Shown in pieces: positions 9,152 through 18,386 of a stretch of 64,000 nt of DNA. Position numbers and translations under genes: made by a program. Where the stretch lies: positions 78,536 through 142,535 of the forward strand of contig NZ_CBDDGH010000004.1 in the NCBI RefSeq assembly GCF_965227725.1, given 5' to 3'. The notes under the pieces are model-generated. The model worked only from the letters and a program-made list of their open reading frames with translations, had not been told where the DNA came from and searched no databases. The DNA is from Shimia sp. Lineage in GTDB: Bacteria; Pseudomonadota; Alphaproteobacteria; Rhodobacterales; Rhodobacteraceae. Positions within the stretch are counted from its first letter, which is position 1. Every line of letters starts with the position of its first letter.

Positions 9152-11074
9152 ATGAATAACAATACCGTTCTCAAAACCATGGATGAAATTCTTGCGTTCG
9201 AGCGGACACCTTTGCAGGATCGGCACCTGCCGCAAAGCACCTATGAGGCGCTGCAGAAAGGTGCAGCGCTCAACCCTGATGCCCCTGCTCTCAGCTTCTT
9301 TCTGAGCGCCGCCGCCATGCGCACGCCCTATGTGCTGACCCATGGCCAGCTGCTTGCGCGCATCACCCAAACGGCCAACGCCCTGCGCCGCCTCGGCATC
9401 GGCCGCGACGATGTGGCGGCCTACATCCTGCCCAATATGCCGGAAACCCATTTTGCGATCTGGGGCGGCAGCGCGGCAGGTGGCATGCTCGCCATCAACC
9501 CGCTGATGGAAGCCGATCACATGGCTGACCTGCTGAAGGCCGCCGGTGTGAAAGTGCTGATCACGCTTGAACAGACCCCCGGTGTCGACATCTGGGAGAA
9601 AGCCAGCGCCGCGTCCAAAGACGTGCCCGGCCTGGAGCACATCCTGCTCTGCAACTTTGCACCCTATATCAAGGGGGACGGCGTCTGGCCTGAAACCCTG
9701 CCTCTGCCTCCGGTCGCCCCCACGCTTGAGGGCACCAATGTCACCATGTCCCGCCTGCTCGATGAGATCGCCAACGATCCATCCGACGCGCTCACCTTTG
9801 ATGCGCCGGGTCCGCAGGACACCTCCACCATGCTCTGCACCGGTGGCACCACCGGGCTGCCCAAAATCGTGAAACGCACCCATTTTGGCGAGGTCTACAA
9901 CTCCTGGTGCCCAAGCCTTTATGTTGGCGCGGAAAACGTCGGCCCGGGCACCGCAGCGCTGTGCGGCCTGCCGCTCTTTCACACCAACGCCATGCTCGTA
10001 ACCGGCCTGCTGCCATGGATGCACGGCGGCCATATCGTGCTGGCCACCCCTTCCGGCTATCGCGGCGAAGGCGTGATCGCAGGGTTCTGGGACATGGTTG
10101 AGCACTACGGCATAAGCTCCTATTCCGGCGTGCCCACCATCTACGGCGCGCTGATGCAGGTGCCGCACAAAGACAAAGACCTCAGCTCCCTGCGCTTTGG
10201 CGCATGTGGCGCGGCCCCGATGCCGGTCGAACTGTTCAATGCCTTCATGGCGGAAACCGGCGTCTCCATCGTTGAGGCCTACGGCATGACCGAAGGCGTT
10301 CTGGCGTCTTCCATGAACCCAATCAACAACCCGGAGCCGCGCATCGGCTCCATCGGTATGCGCTTCCCTTATCAGGACATGCGCATCGCCATTCTCAACG
10401 ACAACGACGAATTTGAGCGTTGGGCAGAGGTGGATGAGGCCGGCGTGATCTACATTACCGGCCCCAACGTCTTTGACGGCTACCTGATCGAAGAGCAAAA
10501 CAAAGGCATCTGGCTGGAGCAAGACGGCAAGCGCTGGTTCAACACCGGCGACCTCGCACGCTGTGACGCGGATGGCTATTTCTGGATGACCGGCCGTAAA
10601 AAAGAGCTGATCATTCGCGGCGGTCACAACATCGACCCCAAGATCGTCGAAGAAGCCATGCACAAGCACCCCGCCGTCGCCATGGCTGCCGTGATCGGCC
10701 GCCCGGACGCCAAAGTGGGCGAAGTGCCAGTAATGTACTATCAGAAATCCGCTGGCACAGAAGTCGACGCGGCCGCGCTGCTGGAGTTTGCACAAACCCA
10801 TGTGACCGAACGCGCGGCGGTGCCTAAGGATTTCATCTGCCTTGAGACCCTTCCTGTGACCGCAGTGGGCAAGATCCACAAAGTCACGCTCAACATGATG
10901 GAAATCGAGCGCACCGTGCGGGAAGAGGCACAAAAGCTCTCCGCCGAGCTGCTCAGCCTCGACGTGGTGCAAGACGCCAGCCGCGGCGTTGTCGCCAAAG
11001 TTGCGGTGGCGTCCGGTCAAGACGCATTGCAAAGCGCATTGGGCCAATTTGCCTTCACCGTCGACATCAGCTGA
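9152..11074 (+). CDS. AMP-dependent acyl-CoA synthetase/ligase
   Basis: 640-aa ORF with the adenylate-forming motifs MLCTGGTTGLPK, EAYGMTEG, TGDLARCDADGYFWMTGRKKELIIRGGHNI and a C-terminal GKIHK. Confidence 0.9.
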   Translation: MNNNTVLKTMDEILAFERTPLQDRHLPQSTYEALQKGAALNPDAPALSFFLSAAAMRTPYVLTHGQLLARITQTANALRRLGIGRDDVAAYILPNMPETHFAIWGGSAAGGMLAINPLMEADHMADLLKAAGVKVLITLEQTPGVDIWEKASAASKDVPGLEHILLCNFAPYIKGDGVWPETLPLPPVAPTLEGTNVTMSRLLDEIANDPSDALTFDAPGPQDTSTMLCTGGTTGLPKIVKRTHFGEVYNSWCPSLYVGAENVGPGTAALCGLPLFHTNAMLVTGLLPWMHGGHIVLATPSGYRGEGVIAGFWDMVEHYGISSYSGVPTIYGALMQVPHKDKDLSSLRFGACGAAPMPVELFNAFMAETGVSIVEAYGMTEGVLASSMNPINNPEPRIGSIGMRFPYQDMRIAILNDNDEFERWAEVDEAGVIYITGPNVFDGYLIEEQNKGIWLEQDGKRWFNTGDLARCDADGYFWMTGRKKELIIRGGHNIDPKIVEEAMHKHPAVAMAAVIGRPDAKVGEVPVMYYQKSAGTEVDAAALLEFAQTHVTERAAVPKDFICLETLPVTAVGKIHKVTLNMMEIERTVREEAQKLSAELLSLDVVQDASRGVVAKVAVASGQDALQSALGQFAFTVDIS

Positions 11075-11105
11075 CCCGCAACACTTCAGCCGAACTGACA
11101 GATTT

Positions 11106-11142
11106 GAAGCGCCGCAGTCCCCTCTGCGGCGCTTCTTACTTT
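11106..11142 (+). terminator. Rho-independent terminator of the acyl-CoA ligase gene
   Basis: Perfect 12-bp stem gaagcgccgcag (11106-11117) / ctgcggcgcttc (11124-11135) with a 6-nt loop, followed by ttactttg. It lies 32 nt after the stop codon. Confidence 0.7.
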
Positions 11143-11294
11143 GCCCCCACCACAGAAGTCCGCAACGCGTGCCCTGCCTCCTGCGCCCGATACCGAGTGC
11201 TCGGAAGCTGATCTGCACCGAAGGGCTGGAACCACACCAGTTTGACCCGCTCAGCACCAAGCTCGCCCATTCTCATCAGCCGTCAGCTCATACC

Positions 11295-12098
11295 CTAGCC
11301 ATTCGGCGCAGGAGGCGTCGGTTGCACAAACGCACGCTGCAGCATCGAAGAGCGCACCCAAGGCACTTGTACCCCTTGCGTCTGGCGCACCACATCGACC
11401 CGAATGCGGCGCAGCACATCCTCCAACGGCGGGGCCTTTTGTGTGACATGGCGCAAGAAAGCCTGCGCAAAAGGGCTGTGGCCATTTTGGCCGTCATAAG
11501 CCACCGTGCCCGGTGAAGACGCAAAAGCGATGGCCACTCCGGCCTCCATGGCACGCCTGCTTCCGCCAATCCCGCCCATGATCGGAGATACAACCGAACG
11601 GCATGCGTCAAAAAATATGATCTTGTTGCGCGGTTTATCCGAGAGCGCCTGCACAATGGCGGAGAGTGGCACCGTTTGAGACAAAGCCCCCATCTGCGCC
11701 TCCGTCGGGCTTTGCGCTGGCGGATCAAACTGCGTCCCATTCATCGCATCCACCGGCACGTAAAAGGCCTGCCCCGCCTGCATCACCCCATGCCCGGCCA
11801 GATAAACCACCACCTGCCGCGCATCGACAGCGGCCCAGCGCAAAACGGCCAGCGTGCGCATCACCTCCGCCTGTGTCGGGTTTTCAAGGTGCATCACACT
11901 ATAGCCCAGCGCATGCAGACGCGCCGCAATCTCCCCGCTATCCGCCACCGCATTGGATAGCGCCGCCGCCCCCGGATAGGCCCCGCTTCCAATCACCAGC
12001 GCGACATACCGCTGGTCGCGAATGTCGGCCCATCCGGCGTGCGCAACGCCCACGACACCGATCAGCAGGACAACCAGAGCCCGGCAAATCACTTGCAA
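11295..12098 (-). CDS. Caspase family protein (peptidase C14) with N-terminal signal peptide
   Basis: 267-aa ORF. The signal-like N-terminus is MQVICRALVVLLIGVVGVAHAGWA. The catalytic dyad context is VVYLAGHG (His) and IIFFDACRS (Cys). The start overlaps the upstream OmpA-like gene by 10 nt. Confidence 0.8.
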   Translation of the reverse strand: MQVICRALVVLLIGVVGVAHAGWADIRDQRYVALVIGSGAYPGAAALSNAVADSGEIAARLHALGYSVMHLENPTQAEVMRTLAVLRWAAVDARQVVVYLAGHGVMQAGQAFYVPVDAMNGTQFDPPAQSPTEAQMGALSQTVPLSAIVQALSDKPRNKIIFFDACRSVVSPIMGGIGGSRRAMEAGVAIAFASSPGTVAYDGQNGHSPFAQAFLRHVTQKAPPLEDVLRRIRVDVVRQTQGVQVPWVRSSMLQRAFVQPTPPAPNG

Positions 12099-12703
12099 CG
12101 GGTCCCATTGCTCGGCCGCGCCAGAATTTCCACGCGGCGATTTAACGGATGTGGCCCCGGGATGCCCCTCAGCAGAGCGGTTTCGCCGCGGGCTTCTGTG
12201 GCGATCCGGCCCATATCCACTTGAGACGCACTGGCCAGCGCTGCCGCCACCGCCCGCGCCCGTGCGTCAGACAAACGCCGATTATAGGCAGGCCCGCCCA
12301 CACTGTCCGCATGGCCAACCAGTTTGATACAGCTCTGCGCCAGCTTCGGCGCATTCAAGACGCGCCCCAACCGCGCCAGATGGGCCTTATACTCTTCTGT
12401 CAAATCGTCAGAATTGAAGGGAAAGCGGATAAAGTACCCCTGTTCCTCAGGCACGCTGTCCAGACTGGCCGCTGCGGTATCAAATCCCGCAGGCGGCAAT
12501 CGCCGCTCCGCACCAAGCTCCGCTCTGGCGGGCGGTACGCACCCCGCCCCCACTTGCCCCGTCAGCGCAAAATGGATCGCGCAACCGTCTGCCGAAACCG
12601 GCAGCTCACGCGAAGCCGCAAGCACTTGAGAAGACAGAAGAAAGAAAGCGCCAATAAGACTGAAAAACCGCACAAACATCATAGCCAGAACCAAACAAAA
12701 CAC
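12089..12703 (-). CDS. OmpA-family peptidoglycan-associated protein with signal peptide
   Basis: 204-aa ORF. The hydrophobic leader is FFSLIGAFFLLSSQVLAA. The OmpA C-terminal motif is LVGHADSVGGPAYNRRLSDARARAVAAAL ... NRRVEI. An alternative start lies at 12682. Confidence 0.8.
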   Translation of the reverse strand: MFCLVLAMMFVRFFSLIGAFFLLSSQVLAASRELPVSADGCAIHFALTGQVGAGCVPPARAELGAERRLPPAGFDTAAASLDSVPEEQGYFIRFPFNSDDLTEEYKAHLARLGRVLNAPKLAQSCIKLVGHADSVGGPAYNRRLSDARARAVAAALASASQVDMGRIATEARGETALLRGIPGPHPLNRRVEILARPSNGTRCK

Positions 12704-12843
12704 AGTGGCAACGCCTCTATTTTGCCATGAAAGCCTAAACAGAGCGTAACTTGGGAGCTTTCAATTTTTAGAAAATTCGCAGCAAAAACGCGCACAACAA
12801 CACCCATCCGTTTTACCGGTGTAAACCAACTGGCCGCACACTA

Positions 12844-14094
12844 TTGGGGTGTTTTGGTTATGTGTATGGTGTCCTCTTGGTTCGGGTTCGCTTTGTTTCC
12901 GTTGTGATTTTCTGGCTTTTGGCCGCGTTCATTTTGACCAGCTGTGCCTCCTCGCACGCCAGTTTTGCCCCCGCCATTGCGCAACCCAATGCGCGCCCGG
13001 CGCGGAATTTCACCTCTTTTGCCCCATCCCTGCGCTGCATGGACGGGCTCTTTGCCCAGCTGCCCACGCGGCGCTATCTGGTGTCGTCCTCCGACATCCC
13101 CGATGACACACGCGACATTGATGTGGGCGCGGATGACATGCTCATCAACGCGCTCAACCAGATGAACCAACGCAGCGGGCGCTATGTGTTTCTGGATCAG
13201 GCCCGTATCTCCGGTTTTGGTCAGCTGGAGCTGGTGACAACCCGCAAAAAGGGCGAGATCAAACCCAACCTCTATATCAGAGGGTCGATATCACAGCTCG
13301 ACTCCGACACGGTCGACAACACCATCACCGCAGGCCATGACTCCAACAGCGGGCGCGGCATCACCACCTCGCTTTACCGCAGCAAACGCACGCTTTCGAT
13401 TGTCTCGGTGGATCTGCATCTCGTGCAATATCCCAGCCGTCAGGTGCTCGCTGGCGGCTCTGTCTCCAATTCCATGGTTGTCTCCCGTCGCGGGCTCAGC
13501 GGCACGGTTGCGGGCATGATCGACGATCTGGATGTGGCGGTCCCGATCTCCATCGACCGCGTCGAAAGTCAGGGGCAAGCGGTGCGCAATCTGATCGAGC
13601 TTGGCCTGATCGAACTGTTGGGCAAGCACGCGGGTGTGCCCTATTGGCAATGTCTACAGGGCGATATGACAGATGCCCGCGCCGCCCAGAAACGCGAGCG
13701 CAAACATGTGCTTACCGGTGCGGAGACCAAGGACATACAGCGCCGCCTGATTGCGCTCGGCTATCTTAGCGGCAGCCCAAGCGGCACGCTGGATCCTGCC
13801 ACCCGTCAGGCGATCACCCGGTTTCAAACCAAGCAACATCTCATTGCCAATGGCGAAGTGGATTTTGACTTTATCGAACGCCTGAAAGCGGCCACCCCGC
13901 CCCCTGTCGCCAAAGCCAAGTCAGCACCGGCGCCCGCATCCGTGCCAAAGCAGCCACGTCAGCCGGCCAAGCCCGCCGCACGCGCCACCGCTCCCGCAGC
14001 CCCTGCAACGTCACCGCAATGTGTGAACAATCAAAACTGCGAAGGGCTTTACAAAAACCTCTATGATTTCATCAAAGAGGACGTCGAATTCTAA
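12844..14094 (+). CDS. Lipoprotein with CsgG-like domain and C-terminal PG_binding_1 domain plus Pro/Ala-rich tail
   Basis: Lipobox AAFILTSC. CsgG-like blocks: [55 protein letters not shown]_binding_1: [43 protein letters not shown]. The true start is probably the in-frame TTG at 12877 ([23 protein letters not shown]). Confidence 0.7.
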   Translation: MGCFGYVYGVLLVRVRFVSVVIFWLLAAFILTSCASSHASFAPAIAQPNARPARNFTSFAPSLRCMDGLFAQLPTRRYLVSSSDIPDDTRDIDVGADDMLINALNQMNQRSGRYVFLDQARISGFGQLELVTTRKKGEIKPNLYIRGSISQLDSDTVDNTITAGHDSNSGRGITTSLYRSKRTLSIVSVDLHLVQYPSRQVLAGGSVSNSMVVSRRGLSGTVAGMIDDLDVAVPISIDRVESQGQAVRNLIELGLIELLGKHAGVPYWQCLQGDMTDARAAQKRERKHVLTGAETKDIQRRLIALGYLSGSPSGTLDPATRQAITRFQTKQHLIANGEVDFDFIERLKAATPPPVAKAKSAPAPASVPKQPRQPAKPAARATAPAAPATSPQCVNNQNCEGLYKNLYDFIKEDVEF

Positions 14095-16364
14095 GCGCTG
14101 AGGCGCGTGTCTTCCAAGCCTGCTTCCGGCCCCTCAAACGCTGCCTCTTCCTCCGAGCTGGCCACATCCATCTCAAAACGCGACACAATGCCGGTCAGGC
14201 TTTGCGCCTCGCCCTGCAACATCTGGCTGGCGGCAGCGGCTTCTTCTGCCATAGCCGTGTTCTGCTGGGTCATGGTGTCGAGCTTGCGCATGGCCGCATT
14301 GACCTCATCAAGATCAGACGCCTGCTCCTGCACACCTTCGGAAATTTCGGTCACCAAATCGGACACAGAGCCCACCTGAGTGATGATGCTGCTCAGCGCC
14401 TCGCCTGCACGCCCCACCATGGCAACGCCGTTGGCCACATGGTCTTCGCTGGCCCCGGTCAGGGTCTGGATCTTGCCCGCAGCAGAAGAGGCCCGCTGTG
14501 CCAGCGCCCGCACCTCAGAGGCCACCACCGCAAATCCGCTTCCGGCTTCGCCTGCGCGCGCAGCCTCAACTCCCGCGTTTAAGGCCAACAAGTTGGTCTG
14601 AAAGGCGATGTCGTCAATCACACCGATGATCTGCGCAATCTCATCAGAGGCCGTCTGGATCTGATCCATCGCCGACACCGCAGAGGACACAACATCGCGA
14701 CTGCTCTCTGCCTCATTGCGCGCGGCCTGCATGGCCGTATCAACCCGGGTTGCACGATCGGCAGTGGCTGTCACACCTTCAGACAGGTGATCCACCGCCC
14801 GCGCGGTTTCCTCCAGCGTGGCAGCCGCCGCCTCTGTGCGCGCTTCCAGCACGGTTGCCGCAGATTTCTGCTCGTTGGAGTATTGATCCACATTGCCCGC
14901 CGCATCGATCACACCTGACATCATGTCGCGCAGGTTGGCGAGGCCGCGATTGAAGCTCTCCCGCAGCGTTTCGTAATCCTCCGCAAAAGGCGTAGTGATG
15001 TCACAGGCCAGATTGCCGCCTTCCAGATCAGACAGCGCATCATTCATGGTTGCCACCACATGGGCGGTTTTCTGCGCCGCCTGCGTTTCTCGGGCAGAGG
15101 CCGCATCCGCGCTCTTCAGGCGGTCTCGGAAACTGCCCATGGCGTTGGCCAGATCGCCAAGTTCATCGCCCCGCGCGCGCCCTGTGATCTCCACATCATA
15201 GGCCCCTTCCGCCAGCGCGCTTGTCACTTCCCGCAGAGATTGGATCGGACGCGTGATCCGGCTTGCGACAAGCCAAGACACGCCCGTGGCCAAAACAACA
15301 GCCGCAGCGATCATGGCGATGGCCACCATGCGAATGTCGCGCACAACCGCAAAGGCCGCATTGCGGTCTGTCTCCATCACCAGCGCCCAGGAGAATCCAT
15401 CAACATCCAGCGGTTTGACGAGACCAATCACGGTATGCCCAGCGCCGGTTGCTACGCTTTCAAACATCGCCTCTTCGCGCGCCACGGCCGCAGTAATATG
15501 CGGCGCATCCGGCAATATATCGGCAACCGCAAACTGCCCCTCAATCAAAGACGGGCTGCGCGCGCGCCCATCCTGGCTGATCAAAAACATGTTCTGCCCG
15601 CCGTTTGGCTCCAGATTGCCCGCCAGGGCCTGCGCGATACGCTCGCTGGAAAGCTGAACCGCCAGAACGCCCGCGATCACCTTTTTCTTGCTCAGCACCG
15701 GGATCGCAAGAAAGGCCCCAGCCCCGCCATCGCCAAGCGCGTAAGCGGCAACATCAGATGTGCTGATCTCCCCCGGCTGCGCCTTCAAAGCGGCCTGAAA
15801 CACCTGCCCCAAACCTGTCTCTGCATTTGCTCCGGCAGAGAAATCCTGCGCGAAATCCGCCTGTTTGGCCACCGAATACAGCAGCCGCCCCTCTGTGTTG
15901 AACAGATACATATCCTTGTATCCATTGAGCGTGAGCGCCCGCAAAAACGTCGGGTGATAGCTGGCGTGGGATTGGCTGTAGTATTCGCCATCTCCCGGAT
16001 CGACCAGTTTGGCGCGCTCTTCTGCCGCATGCGGATTGTTGGTGACGTAAGTCTCTGTGAGATATTGGATCGGATCGTCCGCTTCGATCATCTTGATCAC
16101 GCGCTCGAAATTGCTGATCGCGCGGAAGGTCGTGGGCTGATCCGCATTCATCACCAGATCGCGACGCACCGCATCAATCATGGCCGTCAGCGCCTGCTGA
16201 GCCGCATTGGCGGAGGTCTCATGAGAAAAGAACACATTCTGCCGAATGGTCTGCTCCGCCATCCGGTAGACGGAAAAGGACACCCCCACAAGGAACGTGG
16301 CGGTCAACGCGACCATCAGCAGGGGCAGCTTGAGCCGGAGCGAAAGGTTGCCAAACTTGAGCAT
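14091..16364 (-). CDS. Methyl-accepting chemotaxis protein (Cache-like sensor, HAMP, MA domain)
   Basis: Track ORF trimmed to ATG 16364 ([20 protein letters not shown]...), with GGAGG upstream. The C-terminal signalling hairpin is [42 protein letters not shown]. Confidence 0.9.
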   Translation of the reverse strand: MLKFGNLSLRLKLPLLMVALTATFLVGVSFSVYRMAEQTIRQNVFFSHETSANAAQQALTAMIDAVRRDLVMNADQPTTFRAISNFERVIKMIEADDPIQYLTETYVTNNPHAAEERAKLVDPGDGEYYSQSHASYHPTFLRALTLNGYKDMYLFNTEGRLLYSVAKQADFAQDFSAGANAETGLGQVFQAALKAQPGEISTSDVAAYALGDGGAGAFLAIPVLSKKKVIAGVLAVQLSSERIAQALAGNLEPNGGQNMFLISQDGRARSPSLIEGQFAVADILPDAPHITAAVAREEAMFESVATGAGHTVIGLVKPLDVDGFSWALVMETDRNAAFAVVRDIRMVAIAMIAAAVVLATGVSWLVASRITRPIQSLREVTSALAEGAYDVEITGRARGDELGDLANAMGSFRDRLKSADAASARETQAAQKTAHVVATMNDALSDLEGGNLACDITTPFAEDYETLRESFNRGLANLRDMMSGVIDAAGNVDQYSNEQKSAATVLEARTEAAAATLEETARAVDHLSEGVTATADRATRVDTAMQAARNEAESSRDVVSSAVSAMDQIQTASDEIAQIIGVIDDIAFQTNLLALNAGVEAARAGEAGSGFAVVASEVRALAQRASSAAGKIQTLTGASEDHVANGVAMVGRAGEALSSIITQVGSVSDLVTEISEGVQEQASDLDEVNAAMRKLDTMTQQNTAMAEEAAAASQMLQGEAQSLTGIVSRFEMDVASSEEEAAFEGPEAGLEDTRLSA

Positions 16365-16541
16365 AGAAACGCCTCCCGACCATGCCTTCTCACGCGACGT
16401 GTGCGCGCATTTCACGGAGCCTAGGCGCAGAAATCCTGAGAATTCTTTAAGCGGTCATGTAGCCTATCCCAAAGGAGGAGGCCGCCTACCCAAGCGCTGT
16501 AATATTGGGCGTTTCATAGGCCACAGGCCTTCTCGCCGCCC

Positions 16542-18296
16542 CTACTCTGCAACCTGAGGCATATTCTTCGGCACGCCAAACCTCTGCCAGGCGTCATATT
16601 GAGACAGGAAAACCTCGCCATTGAGCGCCTCAATCAGATGCGAGCGCCTCAGCCGGTCCATCACCGGGCCTTTCACTTCTGACAGATGCAACCCGACCCC
16701 CATGTCTCGCAGACGAGCATTGATGGCTTCCAGACTTTCCAGCGCGGAATAGTCCACTTCATTGACCGCAGAGAACATCAGCACCACATCGCGCACCTCA
16801 CAACCGGCGGTGACACGACTCTGGATCAAATCCTCAAGGAACCGCGCATTGACGAAGTAGAGGCTCTCGTCCACCCGCAACGTCACCAGCGCGGGCACGG
16901 TCTCCACCTCATGGCGGTGGATATTGCGAAAGTGCTGCGTGCCGGGCACCAGCCCCACCTCCGCCACATGGGGGCTGGAGGTCTTATAAAGATGCAGCAG
17001 CACCGAAATGGCCACACCGCTGGCCACACCAACCTCCACACCCAGCCCCAGCGTCAGCAGGATCGTGGCTGCCACGGCGATGAAATCCGCGCGGGAGTAT
17101 GCCCAGGTCTTTCGCAGGATCGAAAAGTCCACCAGCGACAGCACCGCCACGATGATTGTTGCCGCCAGCGTTGCCTTTGGCAGAAAATACACCAGAGGGG
17201 TCAGCGCAACCGCAGCCACCGCAAGCCCCACTGCCGTAAAGATCCCCGCCGCAGGGGTTTCCGCCCCGGCATCAAAATTGACCACCGAGCGGGAGAAGCC
17301 GCCGGTGACGGGGAAGCCGCCGGTGAACGCCGCCCCCAGATTGGCCGCCCCCAGTCCAATCAACTCCTGATCCGGATCAATACGCTGGCGTTTCTTGGCC
17401 GCAAGGGTCTGCGCCACTGAGACACTTTCCACAAAGCCAATGATCGAAATCAGGATGGCGGGCAGCAAAAGCGCGCCGATAAGATCACTGTTCACCCCCG
17501 GCAAGGTCAGCGGCGGCAGGCTTTGTGGCACATCCCCAACAATGCGCACGCCCTGCTCCCCCAAATTCAGCCCCCAGACCGCAAGCGTGGTCGCCACCAC
17601 CGCAAAAACCGGACCACCCTTGGCCAGAAGATCGGTCAGCAGCGGCCCCGTCCCAAGCTTTTTCAGAAGCGGCTTCAGGTTGCCGCGCACCCAAAACAGA
17701 AAGCCCGCGGCCAGAACGCCAATCCCCACTGTGATCCAGTTGATCTCATGCAGATGGCGGGCAATCGACAGCAGCATCTCCGGCAGCGTATGGCCATGGG
17801 CGCTCACACCCAAAATATGTTTGAGCTGGCTGGCGGCAATCAGGATGCCCGAAGCCGTGATAAACCCGGCAATCACCGGATGGCTCAGGAAATTCGCCAG
17901 AAACCCGAGCCGCAAAACACCCAAAAGCACCAGAAACGCGCCGGACAGAAACGCCAGCGTGAGCGCTGCAACCGCGTACCCAGCGGTCCCCTGCTCTGCC
18001 ACCTGCCCGATGGTTGACGCGGTCAGCAAGGACACCACCGCCACCGGCCCCACCGCCAAAGCGCGGCTGGTGCCAAAGATCGCATACAGGATGATCGGCG
18101 CAATCGAAGCATAAATGCCTGCCTCCGGCGGCAACCCCGCCAACAGCGCATAGGCCAGCGACTGCGGGATCAGCATGATCGTCACGATCACCGCTGCGAT
18201 CAGGTCATTTGACAGCGCGTTCCGGTCATAGCGACGCCCCCAATCAAGAATGGGAACAAACCGGCGCAGGGGGTGGGACATTGTGTTTTCCGTCAT
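16542..18296 (-). CDS. SulP family inorganic anion (sulfate) transporter with C-terminal STAS domain
   Basis: 584-aa polytopic ORF. The SulP N-terminal block is DLIAAVIVTIMLIPQSLAYALLAGLPPEAGIYASI. The STAS-like tail contains VRDVVLMFSAVNEVDYSALESLE. Confidence 0.9.
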   Translation of the reverse strand: MTENTMSHPLRRFVPILDWGRRYDRNALSNDLIAAVIVTIMLIPQSLAYALLAGLPPEAGIYASIAPIILYAIFGTSRALAVGPVAVVSLLTASTIGQVAEQGTAGYAVAALTLAFLSGAFLVLLGVLRLGFLANFLSHPVIAGFITASGILIAASQLKHILGVSAHGHTLPEMLLSIARHLHEINWITVGIGVLAAGFLFWVRGNLKPLLKKLGTGPLLTDLLAKGGPVFAVVATTLAVWGLNLGEQGVRIVGDVPQSLPPLTLPGVNSDLIGALLLPAILISIIGFVESVSVAQTLAAKKRQRIDPDQELIGLGAANLGAAFTGGFPVTGGFSRSVVNFDAGAETPAAGIFTAVGLAVAAVALTPLVYFLPKATLAATIIVAVLSLVDFSILRKTWAYSRADFIAVAATILLTLGLGVEVGVASGVAISVLLHLYKTSSPHVAEVGLVPGTQHFRNIHRHEVETVPALVTLRVDESLYFVNARFLEDLIQSRVTAGCEVRDVVLMFSAVNEVDYSALESLEAINARLRDMGVGLHLSEVKGPVMDRLRRSHLIEALNGEVFLSQYDAWQRFGVPKNMPQVAE

Positions 18297-18386
18297 CTGA
18301 GTTTTGCGGGCCTCTGCCCATCGCGCAGGTCTGCACCCGCCCGTCGCGACGTGACCCAGGCGGGCGCGACGCAGGCGGCGCGCGCC

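Noticed and set aside
7397-11260. The longest ORF in the window (1287 aa, minus strand), spanning the GMC oxidoreductase, the intergenic gap and the acyl-CoA ligase.
   Set aside because: It is antisense to two ORFs that carry unambiguous family motifs. Its product is low-complexity (Gly/Ala/Val/His/Arg/Asp-rich) with no motif. Stop-free antisense frames are expected when sense codons are GC3-rich.
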